A stretch of DNA of 64,000 nt from Bacteroidota bacterium (GTDB lineage Bacteria > Bacteroidota > Ignavibacteria > Kapaibacteriales > DASPKH01). Position numbers and translations under genes: made by a program. Shown one piece after another: positions 25,017 to 35,614 of the stretch. Below the pieces are notes generated by a model. It did not search any database. It was not told the DNA's origin and was given only the letters and a program-made list of their open reading frames with translations. Positions within the stretch are counted from its first letter, which is position 1, and each line of letters begins with the position of its first letter. The stretch is from positions 4,620-68,619 of the forward strand of contig JAZKFS010000020.1 of assembly GCA_040386315.1 (NCBI GenBank), in the 5' to 3' direction.

Positions 25017-27198
25017 CAGCAGCTTTAATATCTTCAGAATTTAAAAGAGTGGCAGTTTCCAAAACTTTTGAAAAACCAACCGGAGTAAATTTAGAACCAA
25101 CACGAGCAACAGGAGCATCCAGATAGCGGAAAAGCTCTTCGCCAATAGCAGCCGCAACCTCACCACCAAATCCACCCATCACTTTATCTTCATGCGCGAC
25201 AATTGCACGGCCTGTTTTCTTCACGGATTCAAAAACTCTTTCCTTGTCCCATGGAGAAAGCGAACGTAAGTCAATGACCTCTAACGAAATACCGTCCTTT
25301 TCGAGTTCCCCCGCAGCTTTTAAAGCGATATGAACGGCGTTTCCGTAGGAAATGACCGTTGCAGCTGTTCCTTCACGGCGAACTTTTGCTTTTCCAAATG
25401 GAATTATAAAATCTTCGCCCGGAATGGAAGCGGACGTTCCGCGGAAATTATACAAGAATTTCGGCTCTAAAAACATCGTCGTTCCGCGTGAACGAATCGA
25501 ATTGCGCATAAGCCCGATAGCGTCATCCGCAAACGCCGGACACACCACGCGAATTCCCGGCAGCGTCGTAAATGTTCCTTCCAAATTCTGGGAGTGGTAC
25601 AAACCGCCTTGGATATAACCACCGCTCGCCAGGCGAATAACGATATTCGGCGAAAACTGCCCTTTCGTGCGCCAGTAATCATGCGAGCACTCAATCAACT
25701 GCTCCATTGCCGGCCAGAAATAATCCGCGAATTCCGCGCCTTCTACCACAACGCGAATATCGTCTCTATACCGCGAGAAACCATTTGCTGTTCCAACGAT
25801 ATAATCTTCAGCTATCGGCGCGTTGAAAACACGCTCATTGCCGAATTCATCGAGCAAACCTTTGCAAACGTTAAAAATACCCTGCTTTTTCTTCGACGCT
25901 ACGTCCTGTCCCCAAAGGAAAGTATTTTCATTGCGGCGGAATTCCTCGATGAGCGTCTGATTAATTGCTTCGCGAAGCATCAGTTGCGGCTCTTCCGGCT
26001 TGCTGGTATATTTTGCTTCGGAATTATCGTCGTAATTCACGATCGGGTCAGGAAGCAAAAACTGCGAATACGATTCCGGGGCAGGGTCAGCCGCAGCTTC
26101 ACCACGGTCAGCCGCAGCGTAAATCGCTTTCACGTTTTCGTCTTCCAGCTCTTTAATTTGCTCGTCTGTTAGGATTCCTTTTTCAATCAGCAGCGCGCGC
26201 ATACGAGTAAGCGGGTCACGGGCGCGAACTTCCTCAATTTCTTCTTTCGTGCGATAAAGCTCCTGATTGTCAGAATTCGAATGCGAGCCGATACGGTCGC
26301 AATCTGCGTGGACCATCGCCGGGCCTTCGCCGGAAAGCACATAATTACGAGCTTCCTGCATCGCGCGGAATGAATCGAACGGGTCACGTCCGTCACAGTT
26401 GATAATTTTTAAATATTTAAAACCAACGAAATTGTCTGAAATATTCGTATTCGCCGACTGCTCGTGAACCGGAACGGAAATCCCAAATTTATTATTCTGA
26501 ATCACGAAAATCACCGGAAGGCGTTCGCGCGAAGCTCCATTCACGGCTTCATAGAAATATCCTTCAGAGCAAGCCGACTCACCGCCGGAATAAATTGAAA
26601 TCTCGTCGCCTTTATATTTTTTAATCGCGCGCGCTACACCGGCTGCGTGCTGCGAGTGATTTCCCGTGCAGCTCGAACCGTTCTGAATACGGATAGACGG
26701 TTTTGCAAAGTGATTGCTCATGTGACGTCCGCCGCCGGCAACATCTCCGTCCTTGCTCAAACCGTTTAAAATTAGTTCATCAACCGTGATTCCCGCCGCC
26801 AAACACGTCATCATGTCGCGGTAATACGGGAAAAGAAAATCTTTTCCCTGGCGGAAAGTCAAACCGGTTGCCAACTGAATCCCGTCATGTCCCGCGAACG
26901 GCGCATGATACGACCAGCCCTTCGCCACTTTTAAATACATCGCAGCTTTTTCATCCAGGCGACGTCCAAGATGCATCATTTTGTACCACTCGATTATCGT
27001 CGCGTTATCAAAACCCGTCGTATCGAATGTGCTGAAATGATTCACCGGCTGCTTTGCTTCAGCAGGTTTTGCAGTTGATTTCCCGTTTTTAGCGGGCGCA
27101 GTTTTATTATTAGAGCCATTCACAGCGGGCTTTTGAGTACCATTTGCTTTTGGCTTTGTTTCTTTAATTGGAGCTTTTGCTTGAGATTTCGTTGCCAT
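24994..27198 (-). CDS. Branched-chain 2-oxoacid dehydrogenase E1 component, fused alpha+beta subunits (TPP-dependent)
   Basis: 734 aa. Alpha part with the TPP motif GGESACSEGYFYEAVN, beta part REAINQTLIEEF...FLWGQDV and the C-terminal transketolase-like domain. K/A/P-rich N-terminal extension of about 55 aa. Confidence 0.85.
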   Translation of the reverse strand: MATKSQAKAPIKETKPKANGTQKPAVNGSNNKTAPAKNGKSTAKPAEAKQPVNHFSTFDTTGFDNATIIEWYKMMHLGRRLDEKAAMYLKVAKGWSYHAPFAGHDGIQLATGLTFRQGKDFLFPYYRDMMTCLAAGITVDELILNGLSKDGDVAGGGRHMSNHFAKPSIRIQNGSSCTGNHSQHAAGVARAIKKYKGDEISIYSGGESACSEGYFYEAVNGASRERLPVIFVIQNNKFGISVPVHEQSANTNISDNFVGFKYLKIINCDGRDPFDSFRAMQEARNYVLSGEGPAMVHADCDRIGSHSNSDNQELYRTKEEIEEVRARDPLTRMRALLIEKGILTDEQIKELEDENVKAIYAAADRGEAAADPAPESYSQFLLPDPIVNYDDNSEAKYTSKPEEPQLMLREAINQTLIEEFRRNENTFLWGQDVASKKKQGIFNVCKGLLDEFGNERVFNAPIAEDYIVGTANGFSRYRDDIRVVVEGAEFADYFWPAMEQLIECSHDYWRTKGQFSPNIVIRLASGGYIQGGLYHSQNLEGTFTTLPGIRVVCPAFADDAIGLMRNSIRSRGTTMFLEPKFLYNFRGTSASIPGEDFIIPFGKAKVRREGTAATVISYGNAVHIALKAAGELEKDGISLEVIDLRSLSPWDKERVFESVKKTGRAIVAHEDKVMGGFGGEVAAAIGEELFRYLDAPVARVGSKFTPVGFSKVLETATLLNSEDIKAAVLKTVKF

Positions 27199-27227
27199 AG
27201 TTTCCTCTGGAAGGAAATTCCTATATT

Positions 27228-27296
27228 TTTTAAAACCTTGTTTTTAAAAACTTTTTACTATTTGAGATACCGACTTTTTAAAAGATTCTTTTAAAA
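27228..27296. repeat. 4 TTTTAAAA copies in the 98-bp ilvE/E1 spacer
   Basis: Copies start at 27228, 27242, 27276 and 27289. Confidence 0.85.
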
Positions 27297-28262
27297 TCAA
27301 TTATGCTCTACCGCAGCTTTTTTATCCGAACTGAATTTTTCAAAATCCACATACGTCAGCCAGCCGTGGTCATCTTTTCCGTCACATACGATTGAGAAGA
27401 ATTTGTCCTGAATTTTATGCGTAATTTCACCCACTGTTCCATCACCGATTTTAATTCCATCTACCGAACGAACCGGAGTAATTTCAGCCGCTGTTCCCGT
27501 AAAGAAAATCTCGTCTGCTGTATACAGCGATGCACGTGGAACAGAACCTTCAATCACTTCGTAGCCCATTTCTTTCGCCAGCGTAATAATGGAAGCACGT
27601 GTAACGCCCGGCAAAATTGAAGCTCCAAGTGACGGGGTAATGATTTTTCCATCAGCAACAAAAAAGATATTCTGACCGCTGCCTTCGCTTACGCAACCAT
27701 TTCCGTCAAGCGTGATTCCTTCTGAATATCCGTGACGATGCGCCTCGATTTTTACAAGCTGCGAATTCAGGTAATTTCCGCCCGCTTTTGAAATTGTCGG
27801 CATCGTGTTTGGTGAAATCCTATTCCAGCTCGAAACGCCAACATCTACGCCTTCGCGAATTGCATCTTTGCCGAGATATTTGCCCCAATTCCACGTTGCG
27901 ATAATCAGCTCAACCGGGCAATTTAAAGGAAAAACACCAAGTTCTTCATAGCCGCGATATGCAAGCGGGCGAATGTAGCATTCCTCAATATGATTTTTCC
28001 CGACAATATCAAGCGTCGCCTGGCAAATCTCATCAACAGAATATGGAAGGTCAGCGTAGTAAATCCGCGCCGAATGATACAGCCGCTCGATATGCTCGCG
28101 CAGGCGGAAAATCGCCGTTCCCTTCGGAGTTTTGTACGCGCGGATGCCTTCAAACCAGCTCGAACCGTAGTGCATTACGTGCGAAAGTACATGTATTTTC
28201 GCATCGTCCCAGCGCACAAATTCGCCGTTCATCCATATATAATCTGTCTTTGGCAGAGGCAT
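27297..28262 (-). CDS. ilvE: Branched-chain-amino-acid aminotransferase (class IV PLP enzyme)
   Basis: MNGEFVRWDDAKIHVLSHVMHYGSSWFEGIRAY..., TISKAGGNYLNSQL, GVTRASII, EIFFTGTAAEITPV. Confidence 0.9.
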   Translation of the reverse strand: MPLPKTDYIWMNGEFVRWDDAKIHVLSHVMHYGSSWFEGIRAYKTPKGTAIFRLREHIERLYHSARIYYADLPYSVDEICQATLDIVGKNHIEECYIRPLAYRGYEELGVFPLNCPVELIIATWNWGKYLGKDAIREGVDVGVSSWNRISPNTMPTISKAGGNYLNSQLVKIEAHRHGYSEGITLDGNGCVSEGSGQNIFFVADGKIITPSLGASILPGVTRASIITLAKEMGYEVIEGSVPRASLYTADEIFFTGTAAEITPVRSVDGIKIGDGTVGEITHKIQDKFFSIVCDGKDDHGWLTYVDFEKFSSDKKAAVEHN

Positions 28263-28275
28263 AGTGTTCCTCGTT

Positions 28276-28387
28276 TTTTAAAAAGAATACGGTGAAAAAT
28301 CGCAGCTCTTTTTAAAAGCTTTCATAAAATTTTTACTTTTAAAAACTTTACAAAAGCTTTTGAAAACTGCTTTCCTGTTTTTTAAAA
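28276..28387. repeat. 4 TTTTAAAA copies in the gatB/ilvE spacer
   Basis: Copies start at 28276, 28310, 28337 and 28380. Confidence 0.85.
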
Positions 28388-28419
28388 CCCCCTTTCAACC
28401 CAACTGCTATGCGCTCTTT

Positions 28420-29868
28420 TTATGCTTGCTCTAAATGCTTTTTCAATGTTTCTGTCACAAGGCGCGGATTGCCCTTGCCCTGCGTGGCTTTTAAAACTGT
28501 TCCGACCATAAACCCGAAAAGATTCGTGCGACCGGCTTTATATTCTGCCACTTTATCCTGATTTTCTTTTAAAAAGTTGATGACCAGCTCATCAATCATT
28601 CCCGTATCGGAAACCTGCGCCAATCCGCGCTTTTCAACGATTTCCTTCGGCGATTCACCTTTTAAAACATCAGGGAAAATTTCCTTCGCGATTTTACTGC
28701 TAATCACATCCGCCGCGAAAAGGTCAACCAATTCCGCCAGCAATCTCGGCTGAACTCCGGTTTCCTGCGCTTCGATTTTTTTATCGCTCATAATGCGCAT
28801 CACGTCCGTCATCACCCAGTTGCTTACGAGTTTAAAACGGTCTTTCGATTTTTCAGCAAGGAATTCGCAGCACTCTTCAAAATACGCCGCGAGAGATTTT
28901 TCCTCAACCAAAACCGCCGCATCATACTCCGGCAAACCATACTGGTTTTTAAAACGGTCACGTTTTGCGCCCGGCAGCTCCGGCAGCTCATGCTTCACGC
29001 GATGAATCCACGCCTCGCTCACATTCACCGGCACTAAATCCGGCTCCGGGAAATATCTGTAATCGTGCGCTTTTTCCTTCGTACGCATTTCACGGGTTTG
29101 CTGCTTGCCCGCGTCCCACTGAAGCGTAATCTGGCGAACTTCACCACCCGATTTCGTCAGCTCGATTTGCCGCTGAATTTCATATTCCAGCGCTTTTTCC
29201 ACGTTGCGAAAACTATTCAAATTCTTCACTTCGGTGCGAGTGTACAGCTTATTATCGCCCTTCGGACGAACCGACACGTTCGCATCACAGCGCAGCGAAC
29301 CTTCTTCCATATTCCCGTCGCAAATCCCAAGATACATCACGGTCTGGCGGATATGCGCGAGATATTTATACGCTTCCTGTGGCGTGCGGATATCCGGCTC
29401 GGACACAATCTCAATCAGCGGCACACCCGAACGGTTCAAGTCCACAAGCGTGTCAATATCAAGGTCGTGAATGGATTTACCCGCGTCTTCCTCCATGTGA
29501 ATCCGCGTAATCCCAATTTTCTTTTTTGCGCCATCGTGCTCGATTTCCACATGACCATCATAGCAAATCGGGTCTTCATACTGCGAAATCTGGTAGCCCT
29601 TCGGCAAATCCGGATAGAAATAATTTTTGCGCGAAAAAGTCGAAACCGGGCGAATATTGCAATTCGTCGCCAAGCCCATTCTTAATGTGTACTCGACAAC
29701 ATTATTATTCAAAACCGGCAAACATCCCGGATGCCCGAGGCACACCGGACACGTATTCGTATTCGGCGAAGCGCCATACACCGTCGAGCAACGGCAAAAC
29801 GCCTTCGTCGCTGTCAGCAACTGAACGTGAACCTCAAGGCCTATGACCGCTTCAAAATCTGCGTGCAT
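28420..29868 (-). CDS. gatB: Asp-tRNA(Asn)/Glu-tRNA(Gln) amidotransferase subunit B
   Basis: EAVIGLEVHVQL, KAFCRCS...NTNTCPVCLGHPGCLPVLN, RIHMEEDAGK, and a C-terminal YqeY-like tail. Confidence 0.95.
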   Translation of the reverse strand: MHADFEAVIGLEVHVQLLTATKAFCRCSTVYGASPNTNTCPVCLGHPGCLPVLNNNVVEYTLRMGLATNCNIRPVSTFSRKNYFYPDLPKGYQISQYEDPICYDGHVEIEHDGAKKKIGITRIHMEEDAGKSIHDLDIDTLVDLNRSGVPLIEIVSEPDIRTPQEAYKYLAHIRQTVMYLGICDGNMEEGSLRCDANVSVRPKGDNKLYTRTEVKNLNSFRNVEKALEYEIQRQIELTKSGGEVRQITLQWDAGKQQTREMRTKEKAHDYRYFPEPDLVPVNVSEAWIHRVKHELPELPGAKRDRFKNQYGLPEYDAAVLVEEKSLAAYFEECCEFLAEKSKDRFKLVSNWVMTDVMRIMSDKKIEAQETGVQPRLLAELVDLFAADVISSKIAKEIFPDVLKGESPKEIVEKRGLAQVSDTGMIDELVINFLKENQDKVAEYKAGRTNLFGFMVGTVLKATQGKGNPRLVTETLKKHLEQA

Positions 29869-29915
29869 CTATTGAAAATCTTTAAAATTTTATCGTAAAT
29901 CTTTGTCAATTCTCT

Positions 29916-30163
29916 TTTTAAAAACTCCGCATAATCTTTTAAAGACCGCGCCTTCACAAGACTTAGTAGCTTTTACAGGCATTACGCGAAAGTCTGCAAA
30001 GATACGAAAAACATTCTAAACTTTATGTTTCACGCCGCGAGGATTTTTAAAAAGTGTAGTTTTAAAAACCTTTTAAAAAGAAATTCATAACAATTTGGTA
30101 ACATTGCCGCAGAATCATTGTTTTAAAAGCAAATCATCGCACTTTTTAAAAGAGTTTTTAAAA
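29916..30163. repeat. 7 TTTTAAAA copies in the divergent gatB / phosphatase promoter region
   Basis: Copies start at 29916, 30045, 30060, 30071, 30121, 30144 and 30156. Confidence 0.85.
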
Positions 30164-30167
30164 GAAC

Positions 30168-30839
30168 ATGCCCGAACCACGGCGCTTCGTCATCTCCGAC
30201 ATTCACGGCTGCGCAAAAACATTCCGTGCGCTTTTACAAAAGATTCATCTGCATAAAACCGACACGCTCTACCTGCTCGGCGACTACGTCAATCGCGGCC
30301 CCGACAGCAAAGGCGTTTTAGACTACGTTTTTAAACTTTTAAAAGCCGGCTACGATGTGCGCGCCTCGATTGGAAATCACGATGAATTGTTAATCCGCGC
30401 GTATGAATTTCCTGAAGTAATTGATTTTTTTAAAAAGGGAAAAGCAGGAAAGCGAACGCTGAAGAGTTTTGATGTGAAAAGCGCAGACCAGATTCCGGCG
30501 AAATATTACGAATTTTTGAAAACCCTGCCGCTGTATTTTCTCCTCGATGACTTCGTGCTCGTCCACGCCGGCCTGAACTTTTCAAAAGACGACCCATTCG
30601 AAGACATCGGCGCAATGATGTGGACGAAAAACCACCGCGTTGTCCGCAAGCGGATAGGCGGCCGGCGCATCATCTCCGGACACTCCCCCAAGAAAAAAGA
30701 CGCCATCGCCAAAAGTCTTTTAAAAGACAAAATCTTCATTGACAACGGCTGCGTAAAAACAAAAGTCGGCGGGATGGGGAGTCTGTGTGCGCTGGAGCTG
30801 AATGCGATGAAATTGTATTTTCAGGATAATGAGGAGTAG
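30168..30839 (+). CDS. Metallophosphoesterase (PPP-family Ser/Thr phosphatase / ApaH-like)
   Basis: FVISDIHGC, GDYVNRGPDS, GNHD, VHAG and GH motifs in the canonical order. Confidence 0.8.
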   Translation: MPEPRRFVISDIHGCAKTFRALLQKIHLHKTDTLYLLGDYVNRGPDSKGVLDYVFKLLKAGYDVRASIGNHDELLIRAYEFPEVIDFFKKGKAGKRTLKSFDVKSADQIPAKYYEFLKTLPLYFLLDDFVLVHAGLNFSKDDPFEDIGAMMWTKNHRVVRKRIGGRRIISGHSPKKKDAIAKSLLKDKIFIDNGCVKTKVGGMGSLCALELNAMKLYFQDNEE

Positions 30840-30843
30840 ATTT

Positions 30844-33800
30844 TTAAAAAGATTGTACAGAAATAGAGGTCGTTTCCTGTGATTTATTCCGATGCTTCAC
30901 AGCATTTTCGCCATCGCCAATCGCTTCATACGCTTCGGCGAGTGTAATGTGAATTTTCCGCTCATCGCTTTTCGCATTACTTTCTGTCACGATTTCCAGG
31001 CTTTCTTTTAAAAGCCCGATCGCTTCGTTAACTTTCCCGGTTTTTAAAAGGATGTTTGCGGTTTCCGTCAGGCACGACGCTTCGCCCATTGTATTTCCGA
31101 TCGCGCGGAAAATGGCGAGCGCTTCGGCCAAGTATTCCAGCGCTTTTTCATTGTCTTCCTGCCGCACGAATGCACCGCCGAGTTTTAAAAGCGTGAGCGC
31201 TTCACCTTTTTTATCGCCGATCTTCCTGCGCAGGTCTAAACTTTTAAAATGATAATCGAGCGCGGTGGCATTATCGCCGAGATGCGCGTAATACGAACCA
31301 ATATTATTCAGCGAACTCGCCTCGCCGAATTTATCGCCAAGCTCACGTTTTATCTCCAGGCTTTGAAACTGATAATTCAGCGCGCGTTCGTGTTCGCCCA
31401 TCGCGCTGTAGAGATTGCCGATATTATTCAGCGCGAAGGACTGCGACTGACGATTGCCATTTTCCTCGTGCATTTTCAGGCTTTGCAGGTAATGTTTTAA
31501 AGCGCGCTGGTGCTCGCCCATGTTTTTAAAAGCATTGCCGATATTATTATGCGAAGCGGCAACGCCAAATTCATCACCGGAGGCCTCAAACATTGCCTGG
31601 CTTTGCTGCGCATATTGGAGCGATTTCGGGTAATTTCCCAGATCATAATACACGGTTGAAAGACGGTTAAAACTGGATGCTTCGCCTTTTACATCGCCGA
31701 TCTTTTTAAAAATCGCGGCAGATTCTTCAAATTTTGCAATTGCCGCCGGTTGCAATCCAACTCGCCAGTAACACGTCGCCGCATGCTGAATACTTGTGGC
31801 AAGCCCGATCGTATAGCCCATTTTCTCGGAAAGGCGATATGTCTCATCGCAGATTTTTAAAGCTTCCTGCGGGTCAATTTTCGACTTGTACATCGCCAGC
31901 GAATTCAGCGCGTCAATGCGTTCGGTTTCCAGCGAAAGCGTTTTGATCTTTTCTTCTAAAGCGCGAATTGTGTCAGGAATGGAATGCGTGATTTCCGCTT
32001 CATTTGCAAGCGGGATCTCAAACAAAAATGCTGCGCCGTGGCCGGGTTCGCTTTCGCACCAGATCTTCGCGTTCATCGCTTCGCTGAGTTTTTTTACGAT
32101 CGAAAGTCCAAGCCCGGTGGATGATTCGCCACCCGTTGGCAAAGCCGAAAGCCGGGCGAATTTTCCGAATAATTTTTGCTTGTCGTCATCATTCAACCCC
32201 GGCCCTTCGTCCTGCACTTTTAAAACCGCCGTTTTTAAAACGCTTTTTTCGATGCTGATAGTGACGGATTTTCCATGCGGCGAATATTTTATGGCGTTGG
32301 AAATAAGATTGTCGAGAACTTCCTGGAGTGCGTGTTTATCAGCTTTTACCGTAAGCGAATGAAGCTGCGTTTTAAAAACAATCGAAATATTTTTAGCATT
32401 TGCGCGCTCGCGATATTCTTCACTGAGCTGCCGCGCGATGGAAACAATATCCAGCACTTCCAGCGAAATATTGATCTTACCCGACTCAATTGCATTCACG
32501 TCCAGCAGGTTTGAAACGATGTCGCGCATCCGCGTTGCCGTTGTTTCGATGGACTTAATTTTATCGAGAATTTTCTCTTTTGAAAACCTGTCGTAGTAGC
32601 GCGAAAGGATTTCCGACGAAAGAATAATCGCAGCAAGCGGATTTTTTAAATCATGCGCCGCGATGCCGAGAAATTCATTTTTTTCGTTATTTAATTCCGT
32701 CAGATATTGATTCGCTTCCAGCAGATTTTTATTTAAAGCTTCGGTTTCTTCCTGCGAATCCACAAGCCGCTCGTTCAGCATTTGCACTTTTTCGAGTGCC
32801 TGCGCAATTTCCACATTTTTTAAACGGTAGATTTCCGCATTTAAAGCTTCTCGTTCAGCTTTTTCCTTATCGCGTTTTAAAATTGAAATCCTGTCTGCCA
32901 GCGCAACGGAAAGCAAGACAACTTCAAGCGCCGAGCCAACCTGAACGCCATATTGCGTGATAAGATTATTCGGCAAAACGCCAACCGTTTTTAAAACAAA
33001 AATGAAAAGCCCGGCGACAAACACAGCCCACGCGCTCACATAAAACCGCGCCGGACGATAGCCGTTTTTCAAACTCAAAATCGCCGCCGCGATCACCATT
33101 CCAACAAACGGAAATGCCATCGCAATTGCAATACGGATGAGAACGGAATATTCTATAAAAAGCGAAAGCGCGATCAGCAGCAGACTTGAGTACATCTGCC
33201 ACGTGATGAATTTATTAAGCTTCGGAGTGTTGACTTTAGTGTTTAAAAATTCCTTCGTAAAAATGAGCGCAAAACACTGAAACGCAAACGCGGAAAACAT
33301 CAGCGCTTTATTCGCCCACCACGGCGACTGCGGCCATAGATATTCAAACGACAGCCCGTTGATCGTCATTTGAAAAAGCGTGAAAAACACGAGGTAGCCG
33401 GTGTAGGAAACGTAGGTGCGGTCGCGCAGGAAGATAAAAACGGAGAGATTGTACAGCACCATGATAAGCATAATGCCGTAATACAGCCCAAGCACGATCT
33501 GCTCTTCGTGGTCTTTCGCGATGAATGCCTGCATGCTCCAGAGCGTGAGCGGGATCTGCACCGAACCGCTTGTTTGCAGGCGCATGTAGTAGGTGTTCGA
33601 CGTGTTTTTTTCGAGAGGAAGGCGGAAAATAATATTGCGGTGCTTCAGCTCGCGCATTGAAAACGGGAATTTATCGCCCGAGGCAACTTTTTTAAAACTT
33701 CCGTCCAGCTGCGCTGTATAAAGCTGTGCTTCATCAAGAACGGGATAGCTCAGTTCCAGCAGCCATTCAGCCGATTCTTCCAGCGAATTAACCACCGTAA

Positions 33801-34071
33801 AGCGCACCCAAAAAGCAGATTTCGTCAGGCCGTAGCCCGGCACATCTTCCTTGCTTTTTAAAAACTTTCCTGAATTTTCGGGCGACGAAACATTTGCAAT
33901 GGTGAGCTTCCCGGCTTTATCCTCCAGAATTTCAAGATGTTTACCAAGCACAACTTTGCCGGCTTTGTCGCTGAGCACAGCCGTTTCCTGCGCCGCGCCT
34001 TTAAAAGGCAGACAGCACAGGAGGAAAACGAATATTTTTAAAAACTGCGGAAGGCGCGGCTGTGCTGTCAT
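30844..34071 (-). CDS. Sensor histidine kinase: 7TMR-DISM extracellular domain, 7 TM, HisKA/HATPase, and a C-terminal TPR array of about 330 aa
   Basis: 1075 aa. Signal peptide and periplasmic domain, seven hydrophobic helices (aa about 190-400), coiled coil, H-box IAAHDLKNPL, N/G boxes NLISNAIKYSP...DEGPGL...GLGLSIVKKL, then about 8 TPR-like repeats (NNIGN.Y...G....AL.Y..QSL). Confidence 0.85.
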   Translation of the reverse strand: MTAQPRLPQFLKIFVFLLCCLPFKGAAQETAVLSDKAGKVVLGKHLEILEDKAGKLTIANVSSPENSGKFLKSKEDVPGYGLTKSAFWVRFTVVNSLEESAEWLLELSYPVLDEAQLYTAQLDGSFKKVASGDKFPFSMRELKHRNIIFRLPLEKNTSNTYYMRLQTSGSVQIPLTLWSMQAFIAKDHEEQIVLGLYYGIMLIMVLYNLSVFIFLRDRTYVSYTGYLVFFTLFQMTINGLSFEYLWPQSPWWANKALMFSAFAFQCFALIFTKEFLNTKVNTPKLNKFITWQMYSSLLLIALSLFIEYSVLIRIAIAMAFPFVGMVIAAAILSLKNGYRPARFYVSAWAVFVAGLFIFVLKTVGVLPNNLITQYGVQVGSALEVVLLSVALADRISILKRDKEKAEREALNAEIYRLKNVEIAQALEKVQMLNERLVDSQEETEALNKNLLEANQYLTELNNEKNEFLGIAAHDLKNPLAAIILSSEILSRYYDRFSKEKILDKIKSIETTATRMRDIVSNLLDVNAIESGKINISLEVLDIVSIARQLSEEYRERANAKNISIVFKTQLHSLTVKADKHALQEVLDNLISNAIKYSPHGKSVTISIEKSVLKTAVLKVQDEGPGLNDDDKQKLFGKFARLSALPTGGESSTGLGLSIVKKLSEAMNAKIWCESEPGHGAAFLFEIPLANEAEITHSIPDTIRALEEKIKTLSLETERIDALNSLAMYKSKIDPQEALKICDETYRLSEKMGYTIGLATSIQHAATCYWRVGLQPAAIAKFEESAAIFKKIGDVKGEASSFNRLSTVYYDLGNYPKSLQYAQQSQAMFEASGDEFGVAASHNNIGNAFKNMGEHQRALKHYLQSLKMHEENGNRQSQSFALNNIGNLYSAMGEHERALNYQFQSLEIKRELGDKFGEASSLNNIGSYYAHLGDNATALDYHFKSLDLRRKIGDKKGEALTLLKLGGAFVRQEDNEKALEYLAEALAIFRAIGNTMGEASCLTETANILLKTGKVNEAIGLLKESLEIVTESNAKSDERKIHITLAEAYEAIGDGENAVKHRNKSQETTSISVQSF

Positions 34072-34175
34072 AAAAAATGGGGTGGTGAAACCTTTTTAAA
34101 ACTTCTTTTAAAAGGAAATTTGGGAATTCTTTTAAAAACCTAAGCTCAAATATACCAATTATTTGCCTTTTAAAA
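34036..34175. repeat. 5 TTTTAAAA copies spanning the kinase start / mutase-subunit stop
   Basis: Copies start at 34036, 34094, 34106, 34130 and 34168. Confidence 0.85.
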
Positions 34176-35580
34176 CATCAATCGTCCCACGAATCTGAAA
34201 CAGCTTCCGTGCGATATCCGATTGCTCTTCAGTATGTTTGTCGTAGCGCTTGCTATCTTCCGCGATTTCTGCCAAATATCTCGTTCTCTCCGGCGGAATA
34301 ATATGGATTTTCTCACTCATTTCAGCGGTAATTTCATATTTTGAAGCCCAGTCGAGCTTCATTTTCTCAGTGATCTTATTGATAATTGCGCGGTACAAAG
34401 AATTCGTGCCGGGGTCATTAAACTGCGCAGCAATTGATCCATACACCGGCATTTCCTCAAGCGGCTTGCCGAAAAGCTGGCGGCTGCGCTGATACTGCTT
34501 GCGCACGTCGCGGATCGCATCGAGTGCACCACGTTTGTCAAATTTATTTAAAGCAATAATATCGGCATAATCAATCATGTCAATTTTTTCAAGCTGCGTC
34601 GCGGCACCATATTCCGGCGTCATCACGTAAAGCGACACGTCGGCGATTTCCGTGATTTCCGAATCGCTCTGGCCAATTCCCGCCGTTTCTACAATTATCA
34701 GGTCAAAGCCCGCAGCTTTTAAAACTTCCAGCGATGTCTGCACATTTTTGTTTAGCGCCACGTTTGCTTCGCGCGTAGCGAATGAGCGCATGTATACGCG
34801 ATCGTTGCTCACGGAATTCATGCGAATCCTGTCGCCCAAAAGCGCACCACCCGTTTTGCGTTTCGACGGGTCAACTGACACAACAGCAATTGTTTTATCT
34901 TTAAAATCCACGAGGAATCGGCGAACAAGCTCATCCGTCAACGAGGATTTCCCCGCACCGCCCGTTCCGGTAATTCCCAGAACGGGAATTACTTTTTCTT
35001 CAGCCGCACCCTGTAGCCCTTTTAAAAACTTCGCGCTTTCTTCCGGATTATTTTCAATGAGCGTAATCGCCTGCGCGATCGCCAGCGGATTCTTTTTAAA
35101 AACTTCGCTCTGCAGATTGTTTTTAAAAGTCACCGGCGTTTCATAGTCCGACTGCTGGATTACGTCGTTGATCATTCCCTGCAAGCCTAGCGAACGTCCG
35201 TCATCCGGCGAATAAATTCGCGTGATTCCGTACTTGTGCAATTCATCAATTTCTGTGGGCAGGATCGTTCCACCGCCGCCGCCGAAAATCTTGATGTGCC
35301 CTGCACCACGTTCTTTTAAAAGGTCGAACATATATTTAAAATACTCAACGTGACCGCCCTGGTAGCTCGTGATCGCGACAGATTGTGCGTCTTCCTGTAT
35401 CGCGCAGTCCACGATCTCCTGCACTGAGCGGTTATGCCCGAGGTGGATCACTTCCGCGCCCGTGCCTTGCAAAATTCGGCGCATGATATTAATTGCCGCG
35501 TCGTGCCCGTCGAAAAGCGATGCGGCTGTGACGATGCGGACTTTATTTTTTGGTTTGTATGCTTCGGCAGGGGTGGTCAT
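34159..35580 (-). CDS. B12-binding domain + MeaB-type G-protein chaperone (equivalent to the N-terminal two domains of fused isobutyryl-CoA mutase IcmF)
   Basis: 473 aa. Cobalamin DxHxxG motif [13 protein letters not shown] with ...VIHLGHNRS...ITSYQGGH. P-loop [26 protein letters not shown]. Confidence 0.8.
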   Translation of the reverse strand: MTTPAEAYKPKNKVRIVTAASLFDGHDAAINIMRRILQGTGAEVIHLGHNRSVQEIVDCAIQEDAQSVAITSYQGGHVEYFKYMFDLLKERGAGHIKIFGGGGGTILPTEIDELHKYGITRIYSPDDGRSLGLQGMINDVIQQSDYETPVTFKNNLQSEVFKKNPLAIAQAITLIENNPEESAKFLKGLQGAAEEKVIPVLGITGTGGAGKSSLTDELVRRFLVDFKDKTIAVVSVDPSKRKTGGALLGDRIRMNSVSNDRVYMRSFATREANVALNKNVQTSLEVLKAAGFDLIIVETAGIGQSDSEITEIADVSLYVMTPEYGAATQLEKIDMIDYADIIALNKFDKRGALDAIRDVRKQYQRSRQLFGKPLEEMPVYGSIAAQFNDPGTNSLYRAIINKITEKMKLDWASKYEITAEMSEKIHIIPPERTRYLAEIAEDSKRYDKHTEEQSDIARKLFQIRGTIDVLKGK

Positions 35581-35614
35581 ATATTTTTTTAAAAGTAAAG
35601 TTTTTAAAAGTGCT

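Noticed and set aside
25594-26172. A 192-aa plus-strand ORF, plus others, antisense to the E1 alpha/beta gene.
   Set aside because: It is fully nested in a strongly recognisable CDS on the other strand, and its composition is typical of antisense translation.
29065-29685. A 206-aa plus-strand ORF antisense to gatB.
   Set aside because: gatB is unambiguous. The antisense product is R/H/F-rich nonsense-like sequence.
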